A stretch of 64,000 bases of DNA, from assembly GCA_000092065.1 (NCBI GenBank), contig CP000601.1; one strand, written 5' to 3'. Shown here piece by piece: positions 39,381 through 49,381 of the stretch. The number at the start of each line of letters is the position of its first letter. The first letter of the stretch is position 1. The DNA is from Ostreococcus lucimarinus. Taxonomy: Eukaryota. Both the position numbers and the translations under genes were made by a program. Under the pieces are notes generated by a model. That model had not been told where the DNA came from. It was given only the letters and a program-made list of their open reading frames with translations, and searched no databases.

Positions 39381-40340
39381 TTAAGCGCGCGTGAAAATGT
39401 ATATTCCGCCCGCGGCGGCGCGTCCGATCAACATGTCCTCGTCGCAAAACGTGAGATGATACGTGCCCACGGCGGCGCCAGCTTCTCCGCCGCCCATGGA
39501 CGTCAGAGCGCCCCGAAGCGGAAACTTCAGCTCGAGCTCTTTGATAAACATCAGCACTTGATGATTCAGCGACGACCGAGGCAAAATCGCCGGCGCCAAC
39601 AACGTCTCGGCGAGCGGCGAAATACTAATCTCGCTCACCTGCGCCTCTTGAAACGTCAACGCGATGCGCCGCCGCCCGACATCCTTAAAACTCGCCTGCA
39701 CGCGCAATCCGACGCCTCCCGGCGCGCCAACCTTCGCCTCGCTCAACAAAAACGGCACGCTCAGGCGTATCTCGTTCGTGATCCCCGTATTCGTCCCGTT
39801 CGCGCACCCGAAGCTCTGAAAAATATCCCCCACCTCGGGCACCCCCAACCTCTGCGACGCCATCAACAGCCCCAGCACGTCCGCCGCGTTCGTGTACGCC
39901 AACCGCCACTTCCCATCCAGCGCATCCCACTCGATCGTCTCGCTCGTCGTCAGCCGCTCGAGCGCGCCCGCCGCCGCCATGATCTCCGCCGCGTCGTCGC
40001 GCGTCGCCAGCGCCCCGCGATACGTCCCCGCGCACGCCTCCCGCAGCCGCGCCCTCGCGCGCGCGCGCGCCTCGTCCGCGCGCGCCTCCGCGTCGACGTC
40101 ACCACCCTTTCCTCGCGCGCGCGCGTCGTCGATCGCGCGCGTCGTCGTCGCGCGCGCCCGCTCGAACCTCGAACCGACCCCCGTCGACGTCGTCCTTCGC
40201 GGCGACGCCGCCGCGCGCGCGCGCGCGCGCGTCGCGTCCGCGCGCGCGACGGCGACGCGCATCGTCGCGATCGCGTCCCGTTCGCCCGAGCGCCGCGAAC
40301 TCGCGTCGCGCGCGCGTCGCGCGATTGTGACGCGCCACAT
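39381..40340 (-). CDS. Plastid lipid-associated protein / fibrillin (PAP_fibrillin) family
   Basis: An Arg/Ala/Ser-rich transit-like N-terminus is followed by GTYRGALATRDDAAEIMAAAGALE ... LDGKWRLAYTNA ... FQEAQVSEISISP. The start codon is uncertain. Confidence 0.7.
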   Translation of the reverse strand: MWRVTIARRARDASSRRSGERDAIATMRVAVARADATRARARAAASPRRTTSTGVGSRFERARATTTRAIDDARARGKGGDVDAEARADEARARARARLREACAGTYRGALATRDDAAEIMAAAGALERLTTSETIEWDALDGKWRLAYTNAADVLGLLMASQRLGVPEVGDIFQSFGCANGTNTGITNEIRLSVPFLLSEAKVGAPGGVGLRVQASFKDVGRRRIALTFQEAQVSEISISPLAETLLAPAILPRSSLNHQVLMFIKELELKFPLRGALTSMGGGEAGAAVGTYHLTFCDEDMLIGRAAAGGIYIFTRA

Positions 40341-40366
40341 CGCGCGCGATCGTATTCTCGACGCGA

Positions 40367-41302
40367 ATGCCGCCGCGCCCTCGCGCGGACGCGTCGGTGG
40401 ACCTCGCGCGCGCGCGCGCGAGCGCGGACGACGTCTCGCATCGCCTGTCGGACACGCGCGCGCGCACGGTGCAGGCGGTGGAGCTCACGGAGCGCGCGCT
40501 GAGGGAATTCAGAGACGCGGACGCGCGCGACGCATCGAAACCGCGATCGACGCTCGTCTCGCCGTACGACGGCGAGGAGGACGAGGAGGGCGGAGATAAC
40601 GAACTCACGGCGCTGGTGCGGCAGCTGGAGTCGTTCGCGGAGAAACGAACGGGGACGGGACAGGCGCCGCGAGGGGCGAACGGGACGAGCGGGACGACGC
40701 GCGGCGAACGGGAACGAGAACGGGAACGAGGAGGGGATAAATGGAGCGTGAAGAGCGGAGATAGCGGCGATGGACGATCGATGAACGATGAAAATTCGTT
40801 GGTCGGGTACTCGATGATGTACGGGAGCACGGTGGACGACGATGGGAGCGCGGCGGACGCGGATGAGCTCGCGAGCGAGTTTTCGGTTGATTTTTCGCTG
40901 CCGAGCGAACGCGTGGCTGGGGGTGCGACGGCGAGGAACGATAAAAAGAGCGAGCTCGGGAGCGTGAGTGGGCGGATAAACGCGGTGAGCGATAGTTTAA
41001 CGACGAGCAAGTCGCGATTGCACGAGAGCATCGCGAGCTTGGAGCTCGAAGCCGGGTTGACTGAAAACGGCGCCGAGATGGATTTCGAGCAGTACAAGGA
41101 CGACATGCCCGTGGTCGGGAACACGAAGACCGGTCAGGTCGTCATCGATTTAGCCGCGAGAGGCGTGAACTCGCTCAGTCGATCGAGTTCGCAGTTCATG
41201 GGCGAAGGCAAAGGCGGTCGGGGCGGCGACGGCGCCGAGCTCAGTCCGCTTGTGCGAATGTTCAATAGCGTGTGCGGCGGTTGTTGCGCCCTGCGCAAGT
41301 GA
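40367..41302 (+). CDS. Hypothetical acidic/Ser-rich protein with a C-terminal Cys cluster (CGGCCALRK)
   Basis: 311-aa ORF with non-Arg-biased composition in its second half. No recognisable domain. Confidence 0.4.
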   Translation: MPPRPRADASVDLARARASADDVSHRLSDTRARTVQAVELTERALREFRDADARDASKPRSTLVSPYDGEEDEEGGDNELTALVRQLESFAEKRTGTGQAPRGANGTSGTTRGERERERERGGDKWSVKSGDSGDGRSMNDENSLVGYSMMYGSTVDDDGSAADADELASEFSVDFSLPSERVAGGATARNDKKSELGSVSGRINAVSDSLTTSKSRLHESIASLELEAGLTENGAEMDFEQYKDDMPVVGNTKTGQVVIDLAARGVNSLSRSSSQFMGEGKGGRGGDGAELSPLVRMFNSVCGGCCALRK

Positions 41303-41461
41303 CGCCGCGCGCGAGATGACAACCACCACTAGCTACGGTGGGTGCGTGTAAAACTAAACAGCGCAGCGCGACGCGATTCGACGCGACGCGCGCGCTCGAA
41401 TCGAGACGAGCGTCTCTCGGCGCCGCCGCCGCCCTCGCGCGTCACTTCGAGCCCGCCCGCC

Positions 41462-42610
41462 ATGCCGCGACTCCTCTCTCCACGCGCCCTCGCGTCGTCG
41501 CGACTCTCCCTCGAAGCGACGGTGCTTCCGGGTCGTCGCGCGCGCGCCTCGCCGCGCGCGCGCGTCGCCGTCGCGCGGGCGTCCTCGCTGACCATCGCTC
41601 GACCGGACGACTGGCACCTGCACGTCCGCGACGCCTCAAAGCTCGCCGACGTCGTCCCGTTCACGTCGAAGACGTTCAAGCGCGCGCTGGTGATGCCGAA
41701 CCTGACGCCGCCCGTGCGCACGGCGAGCGAGGCTGAAAAGTACCGGGAACTCATCGCGAAGGCGGCGCCGGCGAGCGACGGATTCGAACCGCACATGACG
41801 CTGTATCTCACGGATAACACCACGGTAGAGCAAGTCGAGGAAGCGCACGCGTGTGGATTCGTGCGAGGGTATAAGCTGTACCCGGCAGGGGCGACGACGA
41901 ACAGTGAATTTGGGGTGACGGATGTGGCGAACGTGGCGAAGGCGACGAAACGCATGGCGGAACTGGGGCTGACGTTGCAAGTGCACGGAGAAGTGACGCA
42001 CGCGAGCGTGGACGTGTTCGATCGAGAGGCGAGATTCATTCAGGACGTTTTGATGCCGCTGTTGGATAGATCTCCGGATTTGAGGGTGGTGATGGAACAC
42101 ATCACGACGCGCGACGCCGCCGAGTTTGTCGCCGCGGCGGGGCCGAACGTCGCAGCGTCAGTGACGCCGCAACACGTGCTGTTCAATCGTAACGCCCTTT
42201 TCAAGGGTGGTTTAAGACCACATTTCTATTGCTTGCCCATCTTAAAGCGTGAGGAGCATCGCGAAGCCGTGCTCGCGGCGGCGACGAGCGGGAGCGGCAA
42301 GTTTTTCCTCGGCACCGACAGCGCGCCGCACCCCAAAGGCGCAAAGGAGGCCGCGTGCGGGTGCGCGGGTATCTTCTCTGCGCATGCCGCGTTGCCACTC
42401 TACGCCATGGCTTTCGAATCCGTCGACGCGCTCGACAAGCTCGAGGCGTTTGCGTCGCACAACGGAGCCGACTTTTACCGCGTCCCGCGTAACACCGAGA
42501 CGGTGACGTTGGAGAAGAAGGCTTGGAAAGTGCCGGATGAGTACAAGTTTGGTGACACTACGGTGGTGCCATTTTACGCGGGTGAGGAAATTCCGTGGAG
42601 CGTGGTGTAA
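41462..42610 (+). CDS. pyrC: Dihydroorotase, bacterial PyrC (class II) type, with a transit-peptide-like N-terminus
   Basis: LTIARPDDWHLHVRDASKLADVVPFTSKTFKRALVMPNLTPPV parallels E. coli PyrC (RPDDWHLHLRD...AIVMPNL.PPV). Also FLGTDSAPH. Confidence 0.9.
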   Translation: MPRLLSPRALASSRLSLEATVLPGRRARASPRARVAVARASSLTIARPDDWHLHVRDASKLADVVPFTSKTFKRALVMPNLTPPVRTASEAEKYRELIAKAAPASDGFEPHMTLYLTDNTTVEQVEEAHACGFVRGYKLYPAGATTNSEFGVTDVANVAKATKRMAELGLTLQVHGEVTHASVDVFDREARFIQDVLMPLLDRSPDLRVVMEHITTRDAAEFVAAAGPNVAASVTPQHVLFNRNALFKGGLRPHFYCLPILKREEHREAVLAAATSGSGKFFLGTDSAPHPKGAKEAACGCAGIFSAHAALPLYAMAFESVDALDKLEAFASHNGADFYRVPRNTETVTLEKKAWKVPDEYKFGDTTVVPFYAGEEIPWSVV

Positions 42611-42658
42611 TTAAAATCGACAACAAATTGTAGGAGACGCGGCGAAGATAATCAGCCA

Positions 42659-43750
42659 TTACAAATTGTACGCCTCGCAGCTCTTGACGCCGTTCTCCTT
42701 GCAAAACTCGATGCTCAAATCCCAAAGCTTCGCGTTAGACTCGGCGTTTTTCGCGCGCGGCGCCATGGCATCGGCGCCGAAACCGGCGAACGCTTTGGAT
42801 AAGAGAGGCATGCCGAACATGTACGTCGCGCTCTTGTGCATCTTGAACAGCTTGGACATTTTAATCTTGAACGGCATGTAAAGCGTCGCCTTTGTTATGG
42901 ACGGCAGCGACGCCGCGTTCACGCTCGTCATCGCTCCTTGCGCGGGCGTCAAGGCCAAGATGCTCATGATCTTTCGCAAAACCGGGTTGTAATCTCTCCA
43001 AATGTTGCTCGCCACGAAGCCCGGATCTGCGGCGGCGCAGACGATCTTGTTATCCGGATACGCCGCATCCAATCGTCGCTGCAGCTCCACCGTCATCGCC
43101 AAACACGCCAACTTGCTCGACCCGTAGTTCCCCTTCGTCTTACTCGCACCCTTGTAGTAGTACTGATACTTGTTTGACCCGAACCACGTCGTCACCGAAC
43201 TCAACGCCACCACCCTCGCGCCGTCGCTCTTCATCAACTGCGGCAACAACAACGACGTGAGCATGAAGTGTCCGAGATAATTCACCCCCATGCATATGTC
43301 GTACCCTTGTTTCGTCGTCTTCGGTCCACTGTATCCGCTCGCCCCGTTCAATCCCGCGTTATTCACCAAGACGTCCAATTTTTCATACTCCTTCCCAAAC
43401 TTTTCCGCGAACGCCCTGACGCTCGCGGCGTCGCTCAGATCGAGCGCCATCACCGCCACGTCGTTCGCGCCCCCGTTTGACGCGTACTCGAGCGCCGCCC
43501 TCGCTCTGTCGATCGAGCGACACGCCATGACGACGCGCGCGCCGGCGTCCGCGAGCAACCTGGCCGTCTGCAACCCGATCCCGGTGTTCGCGCCGGTGAC
43601 CACGGCGATCTTACCGCGCATGTCCACCGCGCACGCGGCGCGAATGCCCATGGCGCTTCGTTGGACGACGTCGACGACGGTCGGGCGCGATCGCGCGCGC
43701 GACGCGACGTCGCGGCGGAGTGACGACTTTATCCACTTCGCTCGGGACAC
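42659..43750 (-). CDS. Short-chain dehydrogenase/reductase (retinol dehydrogenase/WWOX-like)
   Basis: TGANTGIG cofactor motif, NNAG and the catalytic YGSSK. The start may be the internal MGIRAAC or MRGK. Confidence 0.8.
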   Translation of the reverse strand: MSRAKWIKSSLRRDVASRARSRPTVVDVVQRSAMGIRAACAVDMRGKIAVVTGANTGIGLQTARLLADAGARVVMACRSIDRARAALEYASNGGANDVAVMALDLSDAASVRAFAEKFGKEYEKLDVLVNNAGLNGASGYSGPKTTKQGYDICMGVNYLGHFMLTSLLLPQLMKSDGARVVALSSVTTWFGSNKYQYYYKGASKTKGNYGSSKLACLAMTVELQRRLDAAYPDNKIVCAAADPGFVASNIWRDYNPVLRKIMSILALTPAQGAMTSVNAASLPSITKATLYMPFKIKMSKLFKMHKSATYMFGMPLLSKAFAGFGADAMAPRAKNAESNAKLWDLSIEFCKENGVKSCEAYNL

Positions 43751-43860
43751 TTTTCGGCGCGACTCCGAGGCGCGACGCGCACGTCGCGACGCGCCGACGC
43801 GCTTCGACCGGTCGCGCGCGCGCGGACGAGCGACGATAGACGCGGGCGATCGTCGAGACG

Positions 43861-44505
43861 ATGCCGGCGCCGACGCGACCGCCGACGCGACACCACCACT
43901 TCGAGACTGGGACGTACAAACCGAGCGGGCTGTTCCTGCCGGACGACGAGTACGGACGCGCTTTGGACGCGCTGGTGAAGGGCTGCGTCGATTGCTTGCT
44001 GACGAACGAAAAGGGAGAGGTTTTGCTCGGGCTGCGCAAGCACGAACCGGCGAAAGGGACGTGGTGGTACATCGGTGGACGGATGCGCACGGGGGAGACG
44101 GTGGAGGAGACGGCGAGACGGCACGCGAAGCGAGACATCGGGATCGAGATCGACACGGAGCGGTTTCGATTCGTGACCACGAGCACGATGAATTGGGAAT
44201 TTCGAGTGCAGGAGCCGGCGGGGAACGGGACGTGCGATATTAACGTGGTCCTCGCGGCGACGCTGACGGAGGAGGAAATCGCGCGCAAGACGATGTGCGC
44301 CGACGAATATTTAGATCAAAAATTTTGGTCCGTGGAGGACATCTTAGCCGTGACGGACGAAAAAGTGATTTTACCGCCGATTCACATCTCTGCAAAGAAA
44401 ATGGTGTGGTCTGAACGCGAGGATGCGATGTACGCGGCGGTGGCTCGCGGCGCGGACGACGCGGAAATCGCCCGACTCGCGCGCCGCGCGTACGAGTTCG
44501 CGTGA
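43861..44505 (+). CDS. Nudix hydrolase
   Basis: Nudix box GGRMRTGETVEETARRHAKRDIGIE (GX5EX7REUXEEXGU-like). Confidence 0.75.
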   Translation: MPAPTRPPTRHHHFETGTYKPSGLFLPDDEYGRALDALVKGCVDCLLTNEKGEVLLGLRKHEPAKGTWWYIGGRMRTGETVEETARRHAKRDIGIEIDTERFRFVTTSTMNWEFRVQEPAGNGTCDINVVLAATLTEEEIARKTMCADEYLDQKFWSVEDILAVTDEKVILPPIHISAKKMVWSEREDAMYAAVARGADDAEIARLARRAYEFA

Positions 44506-44726
44506 AGCGTTCGACGTGGCGGACGCGGGCTTTCGCGAAGCCATAGTTAGACGCAATTGTTTTAATGATTGATGCGCAAATGTTTTCGTGTTGTTACACT
44601 AACTGACTAAGTAAGAAGTCTTCGATCATCGTCGTGAAAATTGGCGCGGCGGAGCGCACATCGTTAGCGCTGCCCATCCTTGCTTGAAAAAATGTTGTTT
44701 GTTTATCTTTGTCCGATATCGTTCGA

Positions 44727-45383
44727 TTAGAACAGCGCGGAGCCGCCCATGATCTTTTCGACGATCGGCAACGCGACGAGACCGATCATCGCACCGCGAC
44801 CGTTCGTCATCTCCGCCTCCGCGCGGAACGGCCCGAACGCCTCGGGCGCCTCGTCCAAGCCGTTCGGCGACGACTTCTTGAGCGCCGGCGCCAAAGAGGA
44901 CGCCAAGGTCAAGATCACGCAGGCCGGCACGAGGAAGAACCCGGCCGCCGGGTACGTGGACGTGCGCGTGATGCCGTCCGCGAGCGTGAACGTGCGTTCG
45001 TTGAACAATTGGTGCATGAAGCTCGTGTTCGACGTCAGCTCCACGTAGAGCGCCGCCGTCCACCCAATCATCGCCGCGCGACCGTTGATCGTCTCCACCG
45101 CGCGCGAGTCCTTGAACGCGAGCATGACGGAGTCGAGCATGGAGTTATCGTTCCCGAGCGGCGCCGCTTCGGCGATGGAGCCGTCGGCCGGGTCGATCGC
45201 GTCGACGCGCATCGTCGGCTGCTTGGACGCCGCGTCGGCATCCTTCCACTCGGAGTTCGCCTCTTCGACCGCCTTGGAGACGTCGTTTTCGGCGCGGACC
45301 GCGACGGAGGCGCGGCGGTGCGCGCGCTGCGTCTTGACGACGGCGCGGGCGGCGAGTTGGGGGCGAGTCGTGACGGCGAACAT
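44727..45383 (-). CDS. ELIP/LIL-type chlorophyll a/b-binding-like protein
   Basis: Two LHC motifs, ETINGRAAMIGW and AEMTNGRGAMIGL, separated by a hydrophobic helix. Transit-like N-terminus. ATG at 45383. Confidence 0.75.
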   Translation of the reverse strand: MFAVTTRPQLAARAVVKTQRAHRRASVAVRAENDVSKAVEEANSEWKDADAASKQPTMRVDAIDPADGSIAEAAPLGNDNSMLDSVMLAFKDSRAVETINGRAAMIGWTAALYVELTSNTSFMHQLFNERTFTLADGITRTSTYPAAGFFLVPACVILTLASSLAPALKKSSPNGLDEAPEAFGPFRAEAEMTNGRGAMIGLVALPIVEKIMGGSALF

Positions 45384-45766
45384 GTCGTGCGTGCGTGTGC
45401 GAGAGTGACGCGATGCGGCGCGCCGTCGACGGTGACGTCGAATTTTGTCATTTTCGCGCGTCACTGTTTACGCATACGAGCGGTCGGTCGCGCGACACGA
45501 ATCGTCGACGTCGACGGTTCGCGCGTGACGTCACGCGACCGCGCGACGAAACGCGCGGTCGCCGCGGTCGACGCGGTCGACGCGCGCGCGGTCGGAGGCG
45601 AGGCGTCGGCGTCGGCGTCGCGCGCGACGCGCGAAGCCCGCGGGGCGCGCGGCGAAGGGCGCGGCGAGACGCGACGGTGCGCGCGACGACGCGATGGACG
45701 CTTTATGACTTTATGGGTCCTCGGGACGAGGGGGCGAATGTTACAAGTTTGAGCGATGCGCGCGAT

Positions 45767-47947
45767 TCATCGCCCGTCGCAGACGTCCGCGACGTCGTCC
45801 GGTCGTCCGACGATGACGTCTTCGCGGTCGATGGTGACCATGCCGAGCCTGGCGCCCTTGGGCTTTTTCACGTACTTAGGAGACGTGTACGAAACGTTGA
45901 CTTTGCCGCCCGTTCTCACTTTCGAATGAAAGCTCGCGACGTTGGCGGCGAATTGGATGTCGTCGTCTGAGGCGGTTTCGCCTGGTTGTTGGCGAAGGAT
46001 GACGTGCGCGCCCGGGGCGCCGCGAACGTGAAACCACACGTCTTGGTCTTGTCCGAAGAAAAGCGAAACCGCTTCGTTTCCGCGGCTATTTCTTCCGCAG
46101 TACACCTCCTTTCCACTCGGCGCGGTATAGATGCGAATGGCGTTCATCATCTCTTGCTTACGCGCTTGCTTACCGGTTTTCGGCTTCGCGCCGCCGCCCT
46201 TCTTCGCCGCCGCCATCGCGCGCGTCTTCGCGTCGGCGCCCTTGCCCGTGGGCTTTAAGAATCCACCGTCCACGAGTTCGGCGCCAATTTCCTCGATGAA
46301 CAATAAATCGTCGCGCGATTTGAACTCGCTGACTTCGAGAATACTAAATTCGACGCCCTCTAAATACTCAATCTCGCTCGCATTTTGTTCGATGAGCGGC
46401 TCGACGGCGTCGGCGGTGCGACGCAGCTTTCTCGTCTTTTTGTACAGCGCCTCGGCGGTGCCCACAGGACCTTTCTCGGGATCTACTTTAAACATCACTG
46501 TCTCGCCCGTGGTGAAGTCTTGACCCTCAAGCTCGCTCGAACCAGGCTTATAGTTGTAACTGTACGCCATCAACGCGTCGGCGAGCAGTTGAATTTCTTC
46601 GTGCCCGCTCGCCGCCTCTAATTGCTTGCGGAACCCAACGTCTTTGCTCGCCAACTTTTTCAGACGCGCGCGCACGGCTTGTAAAATGCGCGAGCGTTCG
46701 CGCTCGAACACGTCGGTTTCGCCCGCTTCGCCGTACACAGCGCCGAAAAGAGCGCCGATCGGCCCGCCGGCAACGCTCAAATCGTCGGCGGCGGGCGGCA
46801 AGACGACGCCCGCGGACGACGGGTGCAATAACAACTGCCCGAACTCTTCGCACCACGTGGCGTTTGCGAGCGTACCCGCACTGTCGGCATCACTTGAAAC
46901 GCTCGCAATCCATCGCATGAACTCATCGTACACGGCGACCCAATCGCTCGCACTCGCGGTTTCGACGCGCTCGCCATCGGCGACGCCCGCGCCGCGAATC
47001 AACGCCTTGGCCAAAGCCGGTGACACCCCTCGAAACGCGCGCACCATGCACTCATCCAAACGCGCTTCGCCCATATCACCACTGCGACCGCGTGCGACGT
47101 CGCGCAACACCGCGGTCCATCCGTCCACGCCCCCTTCAACCCCGGTCGTGGGATCGATCCCGGGCGCCGAGGGCGGCGGCTCGTACGCGTACCCGATCGC
47201 CAATCGCCGCACACTCGTCTGTTTCTCCCCAACCTGATACCCACACGCTAAAACTTCATCATTATTTTTACTATCAAGCAAGAACGCGTTGCTGTACCGC
47301 CCCATGACCTCACACAACAGCTCGTACTCTGCCTCACCTCCCGGCCTATCGCCGAATCGCAACCGACACGCGCGTTCCCACGCCGTCCCCACGCGCGCAT
47401 CCAGCAGCACCTTCCCCTTGAGCAGCGCGTTCGCGCTCTCGCCAAAACTAAGATTCATCCCCTTCTCCACCTTGGCCCCGCGCGCGCTCATCGCGACGTG
47501 CGCGGTCACCGGGTGCCAACTCACTCGCACGCTCCGCCGTCCATCCGCCGCGCGCGCGTCCAGCGTCATCGAGTGCGCGTCCACCTGCGCGCACGCGTCG
47601 ATCTTCACCGGCGTCGACAGCGCGTTTATCTCCCGCACGCTCGCGACGAGGGCGGTGTAATCGAACGTCGCGGGCGTCGCGCGCGCGGCGCGAACGACGA
47701 CGAGCGAGCGGCGGTGACGCGGCGACGGCGCGCGCCGCGGCGACGCGAGCGACGCGATGCGCCAACGCGCGCGCGCGGGGATGCGTGACGCGCGGTACAT
47801 GACGCCGAGCGCGGGCGCGGGCGGGCCGCGGGCGCGCCGCGGGCGGACGCGCGCGAGGGAAAGTGAGGACGCGGCGCGAGCGGGACGCGAAGCGTCTCGG
47901 CGAAAGGTTCGGCGCGCGAATGAATATCTGGCGATGAGCGTTGACAC
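45767..47947 (-). CDS. NFACT-family protein (bacterial FbpA/RqcH-like ribosome quality-control factor) with an N-terminal extension
   Basis: FbpA-like N-domain (FDYTALVASVREI...VSWHPVTAHVAM...GYAYEPPP) and an NFACT-R/DUF814 module (DVWFHVRGAPGAHVILRQ...VNVSYTSPKYVKKPKGARLGMV). The roughly 95-aa R/A/S-rich leader may be partly upstream of the true start. Confidence 0.75.
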   Translation of the reverse strand: MSTLIARYSFARRTFRRDASRPARAASSLSLARVRPRRARGPPAPALGVMYRASRIPARARWRIASLASPRRAPSPRHRRSLVVVRAARATPATFDYTALVASVREINALSTPVKIDACAQVDAHSMTLDARAADGRRSVRVSWHPVTAHVAMSARGAKVEKGMNLSFGESANALLKGKVLLDARVGTAWERACRLRFGDRPGGEAEYELLCEVMGRYSNAFLLDSKNNDEVLACGYQVGEKQTSVRRLAIGYAYEPPPSAPGIDPTTGVEGGVDGWTAVLRDVARGRSGDMGEARLDECMVRAFRGVSPALAKALIRGAGVADGERVETASASDWVAVYDEFMRWIASVSSDADSAGTLANATWCEEFGQLLLHPSSAGVVLPPAADDLSVAGGPIGALFGAVYGEAGETDVFERERSRILQAVRARLKKLASKDVGFRKQLEAASGHEEIQLLADALMAYSYNYKPGSSELEGQDFTTGETVMFKVDPEKGPVGTAEALYKKTRKLRRTADAVEPLIEQNASEIEYLEGVEFSILEVSEFKSRDDLLFIEEIGAELVDGGFLKPTGKGADAKTRAMAAAKKGGGAKPKTGKQARKQEMMNAIRIYTAPSGKEVYCGRNSRGNEAVSLFFGQDQDVWFHVRGAPGAHVILRQQPGETASDDDIQFAANVASFHSKVRTGGKVNVSYTSPKYVKKPKGARLGMVTIDREDVIVGRPDDVADVCDGR

Positions 47948-47977
47948 GCGCGCGCGTTCGTTCGGTCGGTCGTTTGT

Positions 47978-49108
47978 CTAGGATGTCTTGGCCGATTTCG
48001 GGGTGACTTCCTCGGCGCGCGTCTCGCGAAGGAAGACGCGGTCTTCGGGCTTGTTGTTCTCTCGCTCTTCGTGCGCGTACGAAGACGCGATGGCGAGCAA
48101 GGACCCACAAGGACTGAAAGCGAGCGCTGAGATGGAGGTGGGGTAGCGGGGCGACTGAAAAAGTCGCTTTTTAGCGTCGCCATCCCAAAAATTGACGTAA
48201 CCGTCGCCGCCGCCCGTGGCGAATGTGCCGTGGACGGGATGAAACGCCACCGCGTGGACGGGATAAACAATCTCACCCACGCTCGCGTCATCGGTTTTGC
48301 GATGACACTTGAACGCATATTTTCGCTTGTCGTTCTCTTCATCGCGTATGAACTCCACCGCTACGCGTCCCTCGACGCTCGCGGCCACGAATCCATCGCC
48401 TCGGATATTTGCTGCGATGGCGCGCGTTTGAAACCGCATGCTCGAACGTCTATTTATCAACGGACGCGGCGGCGCTTCCGACGCGCGTCGTCCGTCATCA
48501 CCATCCACACCGCGCACTAAATCTCGCGTCTCGTACGCCAAAACTTGCCCATCGCTCGTCGCCACGAAAATCTTACCGTCTCTCAAATCCGCCGCGTAGC
48601 ACTTCCCAGCCGTCTTCGTCGTCGACACCGCGCGCCCTCGCTCGTCCTTCGTCAAATCCCACGCCCTAATCGTTCGATCCCAGCCAAACGTAAACAATTT
48701 CTTCGTCGCATCATCGTACTCCACCGCCGACACCGCGCCGTCGTCGTGCGCGCCGACGACGCGAAACGCGCCAGTTTTAAAATCGACGAGGCGCACCGAC
48801 CCGTCGAGGCATCCCACGCACGCCGCGTCCTCATCCGTCCCGACGAACGTCCCGCACAGCGCGGGCGCGCCCAAATCGATCGAGTTCAACGATTTCACGT
48901 CCCCGATCTCGCGCGCGCGGCACGCGTACCGCCGCGCGGTCCCGTCCCAGGACGTCACCAGGAGCGTCAACCGTCGCGCCATCCCATCGTCGTCGTCGTC
49001 GCGACCCTCTCCCGCGCTGACCGCGCAGAACCGCACCGCGCTGACGCCGTCGCCGAACGCCGCGCCTCCGGCCCCTCGCACGTCGCGACCGAGGTCTCGA
49101 TGCGCCAT
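47978..49108 (-). CDS. BUB3: Mitotic checkpoint WD40 protein BUB3
   Basis: KYAFKCHRK...IVYPVHAVAFHPVHGTFATGGGDGYVNFWDGDAKKRLFQSPRYPTSISALAFSPCGSLLAIASSY closely parallels plant BUB3. Confidence 0.85.
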   Translation of the reverse strand: MAHRDLGRDVRGAGGAAFGDGVSAVRFCAVSAGEGRDDDDDGMARRLTLLVTSWDGTARRYACRAREIGDVKSLNSIDLGAPALCGTFVGTDEDAACVGCLDGSVRLVDFKTGAFRVVGAHDDGAVSAVEYDDATKKLFTFGWDRTIRAWDLTKDERGRAVSTTKTAGKCYAADLRDGKIFVATSDGQVLAYETRDLVRGVDGDDGRRASEAPPRPLINRRSSMRFQTRAIAANIRGDGFVAASVEGRVAVEFIRDEENDKRKYAFKCHRKTDDASVGEIVYPVHAVAFHPVHGTFATGGGDGYVNFWDGDAKKRLFQSPRYPTSISALAFSPCGSLLAIASSYAHEERENNKPEDRVFLRETRAEEVTPKSAKTS

Positions 49109-49381
49109 CGCGCGCGCGCGTCTCGCGCGCGCACCGCGCGCGCGTCCCGACCGTCACCGCGACGACGTCGTCGTCGCCCGCGCGCGCATCGGTTTATCGC
49201 CGATCGACGACGGTCAAACGCGCGTTCGGGCGCCGTCTCGATCCATGTGCGATCGCGATGACGCGCGCATAAATAATCATCGCCGCGACCGAACGCGCAT
49301 TGCGACGCGCGCGAACGCCGTGTCGTGCGAGCGCGTCTCGCGCGGGCGTCGCGCGCGCACCGCATTTCGCGACGGCGGTCG

